This document shows positions 48,843 through 63,957 of a stretch of 64,000 nt of DNA, piece after piece. The translations under genes and the position numbers were made by a program. The stretch lies in assembly GCA_964016885.1 (NCBI GenBank), contig OZ024754.1, positions 41,416,001 through 41,480,000 on the forward strand, written 5' to 3'. Numbering within the stretch: position 1 is the first letter of the stretch; the number at the start of each line of letters is the position of its first letter. The notes under the pieces were generated by a model, which saw only the letters and a program-made list of their open reading frames with translations, made no database searches and had not been told where the DNA came from. Source of the DNA: Eledone cirrhosa. Its lineage: Eukaryota.

Positions 48843-49147
48843 AGGAGGTTATAGTTCACTTGAAGCATTGTGTAATGAGGTATAAACGTTTGTATATGTA
48901 TAATAAAGCCAAAACAATGCAGGTATGGACATAGAATAAAGAATGCAAATGCAAAAGATATTGTTGACAATTAGTCTTTTAGAACACTGGTTTAACCGCT
49001 TTACTTCCCTCCGAAGAAGAGATATTATCTCAAAAATTAAGGACATTTAAATAAATCTAAGGTAAAAGACTAATTGTCAACAATATCTTTTGCATTTGCA
49101 TTCTTTATTCTATGTCCATACCTGCATTGTTTTGGCTTTATTATACA
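48841..49147. mobile_element. Asymmetric fold-back PLE-like element in (TA)n
   Basis: 85-bp arms 48897-48981 and 49063-49147; tail 48841-48896 ends aacctcctcc on the minus strand; decayed core CCGAAGA-a-gagata-t-tatctc-AAAA in the loop. Confidence 0.75.
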
Positions 49148-49188
<41 letters not shown>

Positions 49189-49297
49189 TTCATTTCCTAC
49201 GTGATCATCATCATCATAATCTTAATTAACACTGATACTTACTTGCACACAAATATATATATTTGTTGAAATACAAACAAATTAAATATCCCTTTTG

Positions 49298-49340
<43 letters not shown>

Positions 49341-49669
49341 AATTCTATAAGTTGATAATACAACAGTATATCGTTCAGATGTTTAAAGCTCAAATGCGGT
49401 TTATTCTATATCCAGATTAGTGAAAGGGATTTCAGAAGTAAATCCAGTCGGTATATTTCCGGCCATCTTAGATTTACATCAATCGGTAATTAAACACTAT
49501 TTAATGTGTTGTATACATAATTAATCCCGACTCTTTCCCACTCTCTCTACAATGATATTGTAGAGAATATCTTTAGAAAATGAAACATGTGGATCGAATA
49601 AAAAAATGTATTGATTGTTGAACCCTGGAGATCTAGCTGTTGTTGTTATTATTATTACTATTGTTATTG

Positions 49670-50110
49670 GTGGTGGATTGGCAGTATCGGTAGAGAGTCG
49701 GACGCCATGCTTTGCAGCAGAGAGTTACGGCCCTTTATGTTCTGAGTTCAAAATCCCGCCGAGGTTAACTTTGCTTTTCATCCTTACGGGGTCGATAAAA
49801 TAAAGTACCAGTCACGCACTGGGGTCGATTTAATCGACTTTCCCTACCCCCCCCTCCCAAATTGCTGGCCCTGTGCCTATCGTAGAAATCATTATTATTA
49901 TTATTGAGGTTGGATTATTAAGGCGGTGGATTGGCAGTATCGGTGGAGGGTTGGGCTCCATGCTTTCCAGCATAGTTACGTCCCTTTACGATCTGAGTTC
50001 AAATCCCGCCGAGGTTGACTTTGCCTTTCAACCTTACGGGGTCGATAAAATAAAGTACCAGTAATGCACTGGTTAATTGCTGGCCTTGTGCCTAAAGTAG
50101 AAACAATTAT
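49670..50110 (+). mobile_element. Two Meta-domain SINEs
   Basis: Copies at ~49670-49905 and ~49922-50110. Confidence 0.9.
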
Positions 50111-50392
50111 TATTATTATTATCATCATTATCATCATTAGGTAGTCTATTCTAGTTTGATAAAAATTTAGTAGCTTATATCATAACTGAGTAAAAAAACA
50201 ACAAAATAATGAAGGTATGTGACTATGTGACCGTAATTGAGAAGAGTGATTCATGGGAAGAAATTTAAAAACAAAACAAATCTGAAGGTTTAAAAGGGGG
50301 ACAAATCTATAAATAACTTTCTAAAAATTCCGAATATTGATACTTTTTATTTTTATTTTTATCCGTTCTAGCTTTAGAGCAAGTTGACTTAT

Positions 50393-50423
<31 letters not shown>

Positions 50424-50444
50424 TGAGAAATTATAGGTTTAAAG

Positions 50445-50790
50445 CACGATCTTTGGAATAACGTTACTCGATAGAGTGCGTAGCTCAGAGATGAGAGAGT
50501 CACTCCAGGTAGAGCTGCTACTTCTCCGAATTGAGAGATCACAGCTCCGATACTATGGAGGACATGTGGTTAGAATGTCTGAGGAAAGAATCACTGGACA
50601 GATTTTACGAGCAAAAACCAACTGGCAGGAGACCCAGGGGTAGACCCCCGAGCAAGATGGTTGGATAACATCGGAGGGGTCCAGCCGGATCAGTTTGGAG
50701 ATGGTTGCTTCTGACAGGACCCACTGGAAGGAGTATTTGGGGACTCTGCTCCCATGACCCCTCTCAGGAATAAATAGGTGAAGAAGTAGA
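50445..50790 (+). mobile_element. RTE-clade (Rex3/Expander-like) LINE 3' fragment, degenerate
   Basis: IFGITLLDRVRSSEMRESLQVELLLLRIERSQLRYY...HVVRMSEERIT.QILRAKPTGRRPRGRP. Confidence 0.82.
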
Positions 50791-50899
50791 AGACTGTGTG
50801 AGAGTTACAACATATTTCTTAGACATTCTAAGACTGAGAAATAGTTAAATGAACATGTCCCACTTAATATCGTGAGTTAGCTGTGTATATGTGTGAGTA

Positions 50900-52190
50900 A
50901 GGTGGTGGTTGTGGTGGTGGTGGTGTAGTGGTGGTTGTGGTGGTGTAGTGGTGGTTGTAGTGGTGATTGTGGTAGTGGTGGTTGTGGTGGTTGTGGTGGT
51001 GGTTGTGGTGGTGGTTGTGGTGGTTGTAGTGGTGATTGTGGTAGTGGTGGTTGTGGTGGTGGTGGTGTAGTGGTGGTTGTGGTGGTGTAGTGGTGGTTGT
51101 AGTGGTGATTGTGGTAGTGGTGGTTGTGGTGGTGGTGGTGTAGTGGTGGTTGTGGTGGTGTAGTGGTGGTTGTAGTGGTGATTGTGGTAGTGGTGGTTGT
51201 GGTGGTGGTGGTGTAGTGGTGGTTGTGGTGGTGTAGTGGTGGTTGTAGTGGTGATTGTGGTAGTGGTGGTTGTGGTGGTGGTGGTGTAGTGGTGGTTGTG
51301 GTGGTGTAGTGGTGGTTGTAGTGGTGATTGTGGTAGTGGTGGTTGTGGTGGTGGTGGTGTAGTGGTGGTTGTGGTGGTGGTGGTGTAGTGGTGGTTGTAG
51401 TGGTGATTGTGGTAGTGGTGGTTGTGGTGGTGGTGGTGTAGTGGTGGTTGTGGTGGTTGTAGTGGTGATTGTGGTAGTGGTGGTTGTAGTGGTGGTGTAG
51501 TGGTGGTTGTGGTGGTGGTTGTGGTAGTGGTGGTAGAGGTGGTTGTGGTGGTGGTGGTAGAGGTGGTAGTGGCAAGGTAGTGGTGGTTGTGGTGGTGGTT
51601 GTAGTGGTCGTTGTGGTAGTGGTGGTAGAGGTGGTTGTGGAGGTGGTGGTAGTGGCAAGGTAGTGGTGGTGGTGGTGGTAGTGGCAAGGTAGTGGTGGTG
51701 GTGGTGGTAGTGGCGAGGTGGTATTGGTGGTGGTGGTGGTTGTGGTGGTGGTGGTGGTTGTAGTGGTGGTTGTGGTAGTGGTGGTGTAGTGGTAGTGGCA
51801 AGGTAGTGGTGGTTGTGGTAGTGGCGAGGTGGTGGTGGTAGTGTAGTGGTGGTGGTGGTGGTGGTGTAGTGGTAGTGGCAAGGTAGTGGTGGTTGTGGTG
51901 GTGGTTGTAGTGGTCGTTGTGGTAGTGGTGGTAGAGGTGGTTGTGGAGGTGGTGGTAGTGGCAAGGTAGTGGTGGTGGTGGTGGTGGTAGTGGCAAGGTA
52001 GTGGTGGTGGTGGTGGTAGTGGCGAGGTGGTATTGGTGGTGGTGGTGGTGGTGGTTGTAGTGGTGGTTGTGGTAGTGGTGGTGTAGTGGTAGTGGCAAGG
52101 TAGTGGTGGTTGTGGTAGTGGCGAGGTGGTGGTGGTAGTGTAGTGGTGGTGGTGGTGGTGGTGGTGGTGGCAAGGTGGTGGTGGTGGTGG
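50900..52190. repeat. GGT-rich higher-order low-complexity satellite
   Basis: Direct inspection. Confidence 0.95.
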
Positions 52191-52289
52191 CCTGTTATTG
52201 AGAGAGGGAGGGTGATGTGTGTGTCTGTTTATATCATTAGTTACCTGTGTTACAGTAAGGGGGGGGGGGGGTGCTATTGTTGTTAAGAG

Positions 52290-52818
52290 AGTGTGAGACG
52301 TGTGTGTATATGTATATATGTATATGTGAGTGTACATGTATGTGTGTGTGTATATGTATATATGTATATGTGTGTGTATATGTATATATTTATATGTGAG
52401 TGTACATGTATATGTGTGTGTGTATATGTATATATGTATATGTGTGTGTATATGTGTGTATATGTATATTGTATGTGTGTGTGTGTATATGTATATTGTA
52501 TGTGTGTGTGTATATGTATATATGTGTGTGTGAGTGTACATGTATATGTGTGAGTGTACATGTATATGCGTGTGTGTGTGTATGTGTATATGTGTGTGTA
52601 TATGTGTGTATATGTATATATGTATGTGTGTGTGAGTGTATGTATGTGCATGTGTAAGTATGTGTATATGTGTGAGTACATATATATATATATACATATA
52701 TATATGTATATATACATATATATATGTATGTATGTGTGTGTGTGTGTGTGTGTGAGTATGTATGTATATATATATATATATATGTATGTGTGAGTGTGTG
52801 TGTGTGTGTGTGAGTATG

Positions 52819-52851
<33 letters not shown>

Positions 52852-52910
52852 GTGTGAGTATGTATGTATGTATATATATATATATGTATGTGTGTGTGTG
52901 AGTATGTATG

Positions 52911-52947
<37 letters not shown>

Positions 52948-52960
52948 GTGAGTATGTATG

Positions 52961-52991
<31 letters not shown>

Positions 52992-53036
52992 GTGAGTATG
53001 TATGTATATATATATGTATGTGTGTGTGTGAGTATG

Positions 53037-53075
<39 letters not shown>

Positions 53076-53138
53076 ATGTGTGTGTGTGTGTGAGTATGTA
53101 TGTATATATATATATGTATGTGTGTGTGAGTATGTATG

Positions 53139-53175
<37 letters not shown>

Positions 53176-53233
53176 GTGAGTATGTATATATATATATATG
53201 TATATATAATATATATGTATGTGTGTGTGTGAG

Positions 53234-53274
<41 letters not shown>

Positions 53275-53301
53275 ATGTGTGTGTGTGTGTGAGTATGTAT
53301 G

Positions 53302-53333
<32 letters not shown>

Positions 53334-53343
53334 AGTATGTATG

Positions 53344-53380
<37 letters not shown>

Positions 53381-53709
53381 GTGAGTATGTATGTATATAT
53401 ATATATATATGTATATATAATATATATGTATGTGTGAGTGTATATCTTTAATCTCACTACAAGTAATCACTGAATTACTTGTCGCCTATTTCCATTAAGC
53501 TCAATGGTGTATCTTCTCACTCACACACATATATACACATATATACACATACATATATATACACATACATACACACATACATACACACACATGCATACAC
53601 ACACACACACATATACATACATACACACACAAATACATACATATATACATACAATGCTATATCACTATATCTTCTCTCACTCACACACATATACATACAC
53701 TGACATACA

Positions 53710-53741
<32 letters not shown>

Positions 53742-54100
53742 CACACACTGCTATATAACTCTCTCTCTCTCTCTCTCACACACTGCTATATAACTCTCTC
53801 TCTCTCACACACTGCTATATAACTCTCTCTCTCTCTCTCTCACACACACTGCTATATAACTCTCTCTCACACACATACACTGCTATATAACTCTCTCTCA
53901 CACACACACACATACACTGCTATATAACTCTCTCACACACACACATACACTGCTATATAACTCTCTCTCTCTCTCACACACACACACATACACTGCTATA
54001 TAACTCTCTCTCACACACACACACACATACACTGCTATATAACTCTCTCTCACACACACACATACACTGCTATATAACTCTCTCTCTCTCACACACACAA
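52290..54100. repeat. TA/TG microsatellites and a cactgctatataact(ct)n(ca)n minisatellite (53745-54095)
   Basis: Direct inspection. Confidence 0.93.
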
Positions 54101-54349
54101 TATAACTGAATACTTTTCCCTCCCTATATAATATCCACACACACACACACACATATATAGATACAAATATAAACAGCATGTTCCTTACTTGATTTAGTGA
54201 GTGTACGTATATATGCATGTGTGCATGTTTGAGTGTGTGCATGCATGTGCTTGTACATGCATGTTGGTGTGCATGTTTGCTAGCATGCATCTGCATGTAT
54301 ATATGTGAGTGCACGTGTGTGTGTGTGTACATGCATATGTAAGTTTAAA

Positions 54350-55385
54350 TGTGTGTACATGTGTACATGTGTAGATGTGTGTGCATGTGTACATGTGTAG
54401 ATGTGTGTACATGTGTAGATGTGTGTGTACATGTGTAGATATGTGTACATGTGTAGATGTGTGTACATGTGTAGATGTGTGTACATGTGTAGATGTGTGT
54501 GTACATGTGTAGATATGTGTACATGTGTAGATGTGTGTGCATGTGTAGATGTGTGTGCATGTGTAGATATGTGTACATGTGTACATGTGTAGATGTGTGT
54601 ACATGTGTAGATGTGTGTGTACATGTGTAGATATGTGTACATGTGTAGATGTGTGTGCATGTGTACATGTGTGTACATGTGTAGATGGGTGTGCATGTGT
54701 ACATGAGTAGATGTGTGTGGATGTGTACATGTGTGGATGTGTAGATGTGTGTACATGTGTAGATGTGTGTACATGTGTAGATGTGTGTGCATGTTCACAT
54801 GTGTAGATGTGTGTGGATGTGTACATGTGTGGATGTGTAGATATGTGTACATGTGTAGACGTGTGTACATGTGTAGATGTGTGTGCATGTTCACATGTGT
54901 AGATATGTAGATGTGTGTGCATGTGTAGATATGTGTAGATGTGTGTGCATGTGTACATGTGTAGATATGTGTACATGCGTAGATGTGTGTGCATGTGTAG
55001 ATATGTGTAGATGTGTGTGCATGTGTAGATGTGTGTACATGCGTAGACGTGTGTACATGTGTAGATGTGTGTGCATGTTCACATGTGTAGATATGTGTAC
55101 ATGTGTAGATGTGTGTGCATGTGTAGATATGTGTAGATGTGTGTGCATGTGTAGATGTGTGTACATGTGTAGATGTGTGTGCATGTGTAGATGTGTGTGC
55201 ATGTGTAGATATGTGTACATGTGTACATGTGTACATGTGTGTACATGTGTAGATGTGTGTGTACATGTGTAGATGTGTGTACATGTGTAGATGTGTGTGC
55301 ATGTGTACATGTGTGTACATGTGTAGATGGGTGTGCATGTGTACATGAGTAGATGTGTGTGGATGTGTAGATGTGTGTGCATGTG
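54350..55385. repeat. Alternating purine-pyrimidine satellite (atgtgtag/atgtgtac variants)
   Basis: Direct inspection. Confidence 0.95.
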
Positions 55386-55619
55386 CCCCCTAGTTATTTC
55401 ATAACCAACACCATCTCGTGTCTCCTGTCCCACTTATACATCAGCTATCGTCGTCGTCATCAGCTGATGTCACTTGGTGCTCCGAAAGGAGGTCTTATCG
55501 ATCCGTTTCAAAGTTAGATAGCGACAGAATTCTAGCAACACGAAGATAGAGAAACAAGGATGTAGGGAAAGTGAGGTGAGGTGAGGTGGTAGTCTGCTAG
55601 ATCCAGTCAATAGCTGCTT

Positions 55620-56045
55620 AGAAAGTCTACAATATTATTAAAAGCATGTGTATATCATGAAATATATGGTTATTGAATGTATATCATGTAATATATAGTT
55701 ATTGAATGTATGTGTAATATGTAGTTATAAAGTCTGGAATATTATTAAATGTATATATATCATGAAATATATAGTTATTCAATGTATATCATATAATATG
55801 TAGTTATAAAGTCTAGAATATTATTTAATGTATATATATTATGAAATATATGGTTATTATATGTATATCATGAAATATACTCTAGAATGTTATTAAAACC
55901 ATAATATATGGTTATAGAATCTAGAATACTAATAAAATATATCATGTAATGTATGATTATAGAATCTACAAAATTATTAAAAGTATGTATATCATGTAAT
56001 ATATAGTCATAGAATCTACAAAATTATCAAATGTATTACATATAA
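55620..56045. repeat. Degenerate AT-rich minisatellite
   Basis: tatatcatg(a/t)aatatat(a/g)gttat...tctagaatattatt units. Confidence 0.8.
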
Positions 56046-56090
56046 CATTATCTTTTCATAATTCACATACATTTTTCTATGTTGTTTCAG

Positions 56091-56252
56091 TAGAAACACC
56101 CATTTGTGATGTATCGCCAGGCTATTATAATACAATCACACACTTATGTACGAAACTGCATTCCCAGAGGGTGGCTGATGAGGAAATGAATGCTTGTATT
56201 CGTTTGTCATTCATGTCTGTATTTCCATCTGCACATTCTTTTAATATTACAT
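56091..56252 (+). CDS. Candidate coding exon (Cys-containing, weakly C-type-lectin-like)
   Basis: Acceptor ttgtttcag|, donor CAT|gtaaga, 162 nt, phase 1-1, open as ETPICDVSPGYYNTITHLCTKLHSQRVADEEMNACIRLSF... Confidence 0.3.
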
Positions 56253-56565
56253 GTAAGAGCTGGTTACAGAGTCTAAAGTATTATTAAATGTATGTTTATC
56301 ATGCATGAAATAATAGTAAAATATAAAATAATATCAAAAGTATGAATATTATGTATACAGATGTACGGCAAGGGAAGATTTAAACATTTTAGTTTCTTTC
56401 AGAAATCAGGAAACTCGCAGAAAATTAGGTGGTCACTCACTGATTGCTTTCAATATAAATGGTTAAACGGTTCCACATATGCTAGAGGGTTTAGGGGAAT
56501 TCTTTGTTCCACAAAACGAAAATATTGATTGACTAGGCAATGATGTTATTAGTGACAGAGACGTT

Positions 56566-58297
<1,732 letters not shown>

Positions 58298-58363
58298 CTG
58301 AGGCACAGGGAAATATAAATGTAGAGCTGTCATATGAGGAAATAAATGAATGTGGAAAGGATA

Positions 58364-59741
58364 GTGTGTGTGTGTGCATGCGTGTGGTGTGTGTGTGTGT
58401 GGTGTGTGTGTGCCTGTGTGGTGTGCGTGTGTGTGTGTGTGTGTGTGCCTGTGTGGTGTGTGTGTGTGTGTGCCTGTGTGGTGTGGTGTGTGTGTGGTGT
58501 GGTGTGTGTGTGCCTGTGTGGTTTGGTGTGTGTGTGCCTGTGTGGTGTGGTGTGTGTGTGCCTGTGTGGTGTGTGTGTGGTGTGGTGTGTGTGTGCCTGT
58601 GTGGTGTGGTGTGTGTGTGCCTGTGTGGTGTGTGTGTGGTGTGGTGTGGTGTGTGTGTGCCTGTGTGGTGTGGTGTGTGTGTGCCTGTGTGGTGTGGTGT
58701 GTGTGTGCCTGTGTGGTGTGTGTGTGGTGTGGTGTGTGTGTGCCTGTGTGGTGTGGTGTGTGTGTGCCTGTGTGGTGTGTGTGTGGTGTGGTGTGGTGTG
58801 TGTGTGCCTGTGTGGTGTGGTGTGTGTGTGCCTGTGTGGTGTGGTGTGTGTGTGGTGTGGTGTGGTGTGTGTGTGCCTGTGTGGTGTGGTGTGTGTGTGC
58901 CTGTGTGGTGTGGTGTGTGTGTGCCTGTGTGGTGTGTGTGTGGTGTGGTGTGGTGTGTGTGTGCCTGTGTGGTGTGGTGTGTGTGTGCCTGTGTGGTGTG
59001 GTGTGTGTGTGCCTGTGTGGTGTGTGTGTGTGTGTGGTGTGGTGTGTGGTGTGGTGTGTGCCTGTGTGGTGTGGTGTGGTGTGTGTGTGCCTGTGTGGTG
59101 TGTGTGTGGTGTGGTGTGGTGTGTGGTGTGGTGTGTGCCTGTGTGGTGTGGTGTGGTGTGTGTGTGCCTGTGTGGTGTGTGTGTGGTGTGGTGTGTGTGT
59201 GCCTGTGTGGTGTGTGTGTGTGTGTGGTGTGGTGTGTGGTGTGGTGTGTGCCTGTGTGGTGTGGTGTGTGTGTGCCTGTGTGGTGTGTGTGTGGTGTGGT
59301 GTGTGTGTGCCTGTGTGGTGTGGTGTGTGTGTGCCTGTGTGGTGTGGTGTGTGGTGTGTGCCTGTGTGGTGTGGTGTGTGGTGTGGTGTGTGCCTGTGTG
59401 GTGTGGTGTGTGTGTGCCTGTGTGGTGTGTGTGTGGTGTGGTGTGGTGTGTGTGTGCCTGTGTGGTGTGTGTGTGCCTGTGTGGTGTGTGTGTGTGTGGT
59501 GTGGTGTGTGCCTGTGTGGTGTGTGTGTGCCTGTGTGGTGTGTGTGTGGTGTGGTGTGTGCCTGTGTGGTGTGGTGTGTGTGTGCCTGTGTTGTGTGTGT
59601 GGTGTGGTGTGTGGTGTGGTGTGTGCCTGTGTGGTGTGGTGTGGTGTGGTGTGTGTGTGCCTGTGTGGTGTGTGTGTGTGTGGTGTGGTGTGTGGTGTGG
59701 TGTGTGCCTGTGTGGTGTGGTGTGGTGTGGTGTGTGTGTGT
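58364..59741. repeat. gcctgtgtggtgtggtgtgtgtgt satellite
   Basis: Direct inspection. Confidence 0.96.
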
Positions 59742-59894
59742 ACAGACAACACAGTAGGAGGCAGGAATAGCAGAGATATTGTAGGTGAAAGTGAACAAAT
59801 AATAAACAAAGGAAGCGTTGTGGGTGAGTTGTAAACTAGAGACAGGCTGGTTGGTTTGGTGGAGAGAGAGAGAGCTGAGAAGAGAGAGAGGGGG

Positions 59895-61482
59895 ATAGAG
59901 AGACCTGAGAAGGAGAGAGAGAGATAGAGACCTGAGAAGGAGAGAGAGAGAGATATAGAGACCTGAGAAGGAGAGAGAGAGAGACCTGAGAAGGAGAGAG
60001 AGAGACCTGAGAAGGAGAGAGAGGGGGATATAGAGACCTGAGAAGGAGAGAGAGACCTGAGAAGGAGAGAGAGAGATAGAGAGACCTGAGAAGGAGAGAG
60101 AGGGGGATACAGAGACCTGAGAAGGAGAGAGAGAGATATAGAGACCTGAGAAGGAGAGAGAGAGAGAGATATAGAGACCTGAGAAGGAGAGAGAGAGAGA
60201 GACCTGAGAAGGAGAGAGAGAGAGACCTGAGAAGGAGAGAGAGAGAGACCTGAGAAGGAGAGAGAGGGGGATATAGAGACCTGAGAAGGAGAGAGAGACC
60301 TGAGAAGGAGAGAGAGACCTGAGAAGGAGAGAGAGACCTGAGAAGCAGAGAGAGAGAGACCTGAGAAGGAGAGAGAGAGAGAGAGACCTGAGAAGGAGAG
60401 ATAGAGAGACCTGAGAAGGAGAGAGAGAGAGAGAGACCTGAGAAGGAGAGAGAGAGAGACCTGAGAAGGAGAGAGAGAGAGACCTGAGAAGGAGAGAGAG
60501 AGAGACCTGAGAAGGAGAGAGAGAGAGACCTGAGAAGGAGAGAGAGAGAGACCTGAGAAGGAGAGAGAGGGGGATATAGAGACCTGAGAAGGAGAGAGAG
60601 AGAGACCTGAGAAGGAGAGAGAGAGACCTGAGAAGGAGAGAGAGGGGGATATAGAGACCTGAGAAGGAGAGAGAGACCTGAGAAGGAGAGAGAGAGATAG
60701 AGAGACCTGAGAAGGAGAGAGAGGGGGATACAGAGACCTGAGAAGGAGAGAGAGATATATAGAGACCTGAGAAGGAGAGAGAGAGAGATATAGAGACCTG
60801 AGAAGGAGAGAGAGAGAGAGAGAGACCCGAGAAGGAGAGAGAGGGGGATAGAGAGACCTGAGAAGGAGAGAGAGAGAGAGAGACCTGAGAAGGAGAGAGA
60901 GAGAGAGAGACCTGAGAAGGAGAGAGAGAGAGACCTGAGAAGGAGAGAGAGAGAGACCTGAGAAGGAGAGAGAGAGACCTGAGAAGGAGAGAGAGAGAGA
61001 CCTGAGAAGGAGAGAGAGAGAGACCTGAGAAGGAGAGAGAGAGAGAGAGACCTGAGAAGGAGAGAGAGAGAGAGACCTGAGAAGGAGAGAGAGAGACCTG
61101 AGAAGGAGAGAGAGAGAGACCTGAGAAGGAGAGAGAGAGAGACCTGAGAAGGAGAGAGAGAGAGACCTGAGAAGGAGAGAGAGAGAGACCTGAGAGAGAG
61201 AGATAGAGAGACCTGAGAAGGAGAGAGAGAGAGAGAGACCTGAGAAGGAGAGAGAGAGACCTGAGAAGGAGAGAGAGAGACCTGAGAAGGAGAGAGAGAG
61301 ACCTGAGAAGGAGAGAGAGAGACCTGAGAAGGAGAGAGAGAGAGACCTGAGAAGGAGAGAGAGAGAGACCTGAGAAGGAGAGAGAGAGAGACCTGAGAAG
61401 GAGAGAGAGAGAGACCTGAGAAGGAGAGAGAGAGAGACCTGAGAGAGAGAGATAGAGAGACCTGAGAAGGAGAGAGAGAGAC
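59895..61482. repeat. gacctgagaagg(ag)n satellite
   Basis: Constant core separated by variable GA runs. Confidence 0.97.
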
Positions 61483-61504
61483 AAACATATATATATATAT
61501 TGCT

Positions 61505-61535
<31 letters not shown>

Positions 61536-61696
61536 CTATATATATCTCTCTCTCTCTATATATATATATAGGTAATGGAATAATTATATTGTTATTTATA
61601 TCTAATTCAATGTATGTATATATATATATATAAATGTATGTATACATATATATAAAAATGTATGTATATATATATATATATATATATAAATGTATT

Positions 61697-61817
61697 ATAT
61701 AAGATCAAAAGATGGTTAAATGAGTTCCATGTATTTTATTTCCCACAAACTGTAGAGTGCTTCTTATCCGATATCTGCATTGCTTTATTGTACTACAATA
61801 AAACTCACCTCCTACAT
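61697..61817. mobile_element. Family D PLE-like insert: inverted short arm plus tail
   Basis: 61697-61740 matches 20715-20758; 61741-61817 is the reverse complement of 20624-20700; (TA)n flanks. Confidence 0.87.
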
Positions 61818-61888
61818 ATATATAAATGTATGTATATATATATATATATAAATGTATGTATATATATATATATATATAAATGTATATG

Positions 61889-61944
<56 letters not shown>

Positions 61945-62024
61945 TATAAATGTATATGTATATATATATATATATAAATGTATATGTATATATATATATA
62001 AATAAATGTATATATATATAAGTA

Positions 62025-62086
62025 TATATAATTTGAATAGCTCTGTACTAAACATGGAGCACTCTTCTTTCCTTTACGTTTTCTAC
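62025..62086 (-). mobile_element. Tail element (family G)
   Basis: Minus strand gaaGAGTGCTCcatgtttagtacagagcta is similar to 15769-15797. Confidence 0.58.
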
Positions 62087-62140
62087 ACACACACATACAT
62101 ACATACACACATACACACACATACATACATTCATACATAC

Positions 62141-62473
62141 ATAATACAGGAGAAGGAGGACATCTATGGACCATTGATGAGGAGTTTACAAATCCAGTAT
62201 CCAAGATACACCTTTAGCTTCATACCCATCATTATTGGAGCTACGGGTTATATACCAACCCGCTTGGACCAAAGTATGCCTGAACTTGGATTTGCGGACA
62301 TAGAACGCAGCTCCCTAATTCATAGTCTACAAATGGCTGCGATAGCTGGCACCTTCAAAATTTGCAAAACATTCTTGCGATTCAAGGGATGACAATTTCT
62401 TTTCTTTTACAACCTTGCCACCAGGAAGGTGGCCAGTCAAAAAAAATATACTCGAAATTAGGAGAAAGAGATA
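62141..62473 (+). mobile_element. 3' fragment of an RLE-type (R4/Dong-like) non-LTR retrotransposon in (TACA)n
   Basis: EKEDIYGPL...FIPIIIGATGYIP..L...ELGF...LQMAAIAGTFKICKTFL* (stop at 62392) fits the C-terminus of restriction-like-endonuclease retrotransposons; short 3'UTR; TACA repeats on both sides. Confidence 0.75.
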
Positions 62474-62793
62474 ACATACATACATACATACCTATATATA
62501 TATATATACATATATATATATACATGTGTATGTTTAAATATATGCTGTAGACGGGACTATTAGGTGCACACCTGCAACTAAATTGCAAAAACAGGTTGTC
62601 ATAAACAATGATGGCATCATAAATAGCTGTGTTGATATAGAGGAGGGATAGGTGGGGGAGGGAGAGAGAGGGGGGGAGGGAGAGAGGGGGGGGGGGACTA
62701 TGACACCCCCACACTAGTCTCAATTCACTAACATTACTACTGAAGCCTTTAACAGAAAGCAGAAGATATTTTTAAACTAAGTTACTTGTTAGA

Positions 62794-62864
<71 letters not shown>

Positions 62865-62927
62865 TTATATTTATATATTATGGAATACTGTTGGCTTCTT
62901 GCTACAATACTTTCTATACCTTTCATT

Positions 62928-62973
<46 letters not shown>

Positions 62974-63657
62974 TATATATAATATATACATATATATATA
63001 TTCATATATACACATATATATATATACATATATACACATATATATACATATATATATATACATATATACACATATATATATATATACATATATACACATA
63101 TATATATACACATATATACACATATATATACACATATATACACATATATATATACACATATATACACATATATATATACACATATATACACATATATATA
63201 TACACATATATACACATATATATACACATATATATATACACATATATACACATATATATATATACACATATATACACATATATATATATACACATATATA
63301 TATACACATATATATATACACATACATATATACACATATATTTACATATATACACATATATACACATATATATATATACATATATACACATATATATATA
63401 CATATATATACATATACACACATATACACATGGACACACATACATATATATGTATACACATACATATATATGTATACACATATACATATATATACACATA
63501 CATATATATACACCTATACATATATATACACATATTTATATACACATATACATATACACATATACGTATACATATACATATATATACACACACACATATA
63601 TATACACACACACACATACACACACACATATATACACACACATACATATACACACAC

Positions 63658-63694
<37 letters not shown>

Positions 63695-63777
63695 CGTTAT
63701 TCCGGGTTGAATCGGAGGTAACCACAGTAAGTAAGGTACTCAATACATAGCAGAGTATAACAGTTTTAATATAGATG

Positions 63778-63828
63778 AGATTCTACAGGACTAGAACTGT
63801 TTCATTCATTTGAAATCATCAGGAATCT
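63778..63828 (-). ncRNA. Type I hammerhead ribozyme (mirror copy)
   Basis: Reverse complement of 63895-63945. Confidence 0.8.
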
Positions 63829-63894
63829 GGGTATCAAAAAATAAATATGGTATTTATAGGTCCTATAAATACCATATTTATTTTTTTGATACCC

Positions 63895-63945
63895 AGATTC
63901 CTGATGATTTCAAATGAATGAAACAGTTCTAGTCCTGTAGAATCT
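63895..63945 (+). ncRNA. Type I hammerhead ribozyme
   Basis: Stem I agattc/gaatct; CTGATGA 63901; short stem II ttc/gaa; GAAA 63920; stem III cag/ctg; GUA with predicted cut after 63939. Confidence 0.82.
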
Positions 63946-63957
63946 CATCTATATTAA

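Noticed and set aside
55455-55500. Hammerhead-like CTGATGT...GAAA
   Set aside because: The core is CUGAUGU and the GAAA sits in a ctcc/ggag tetraloop, which is the wrong topology.
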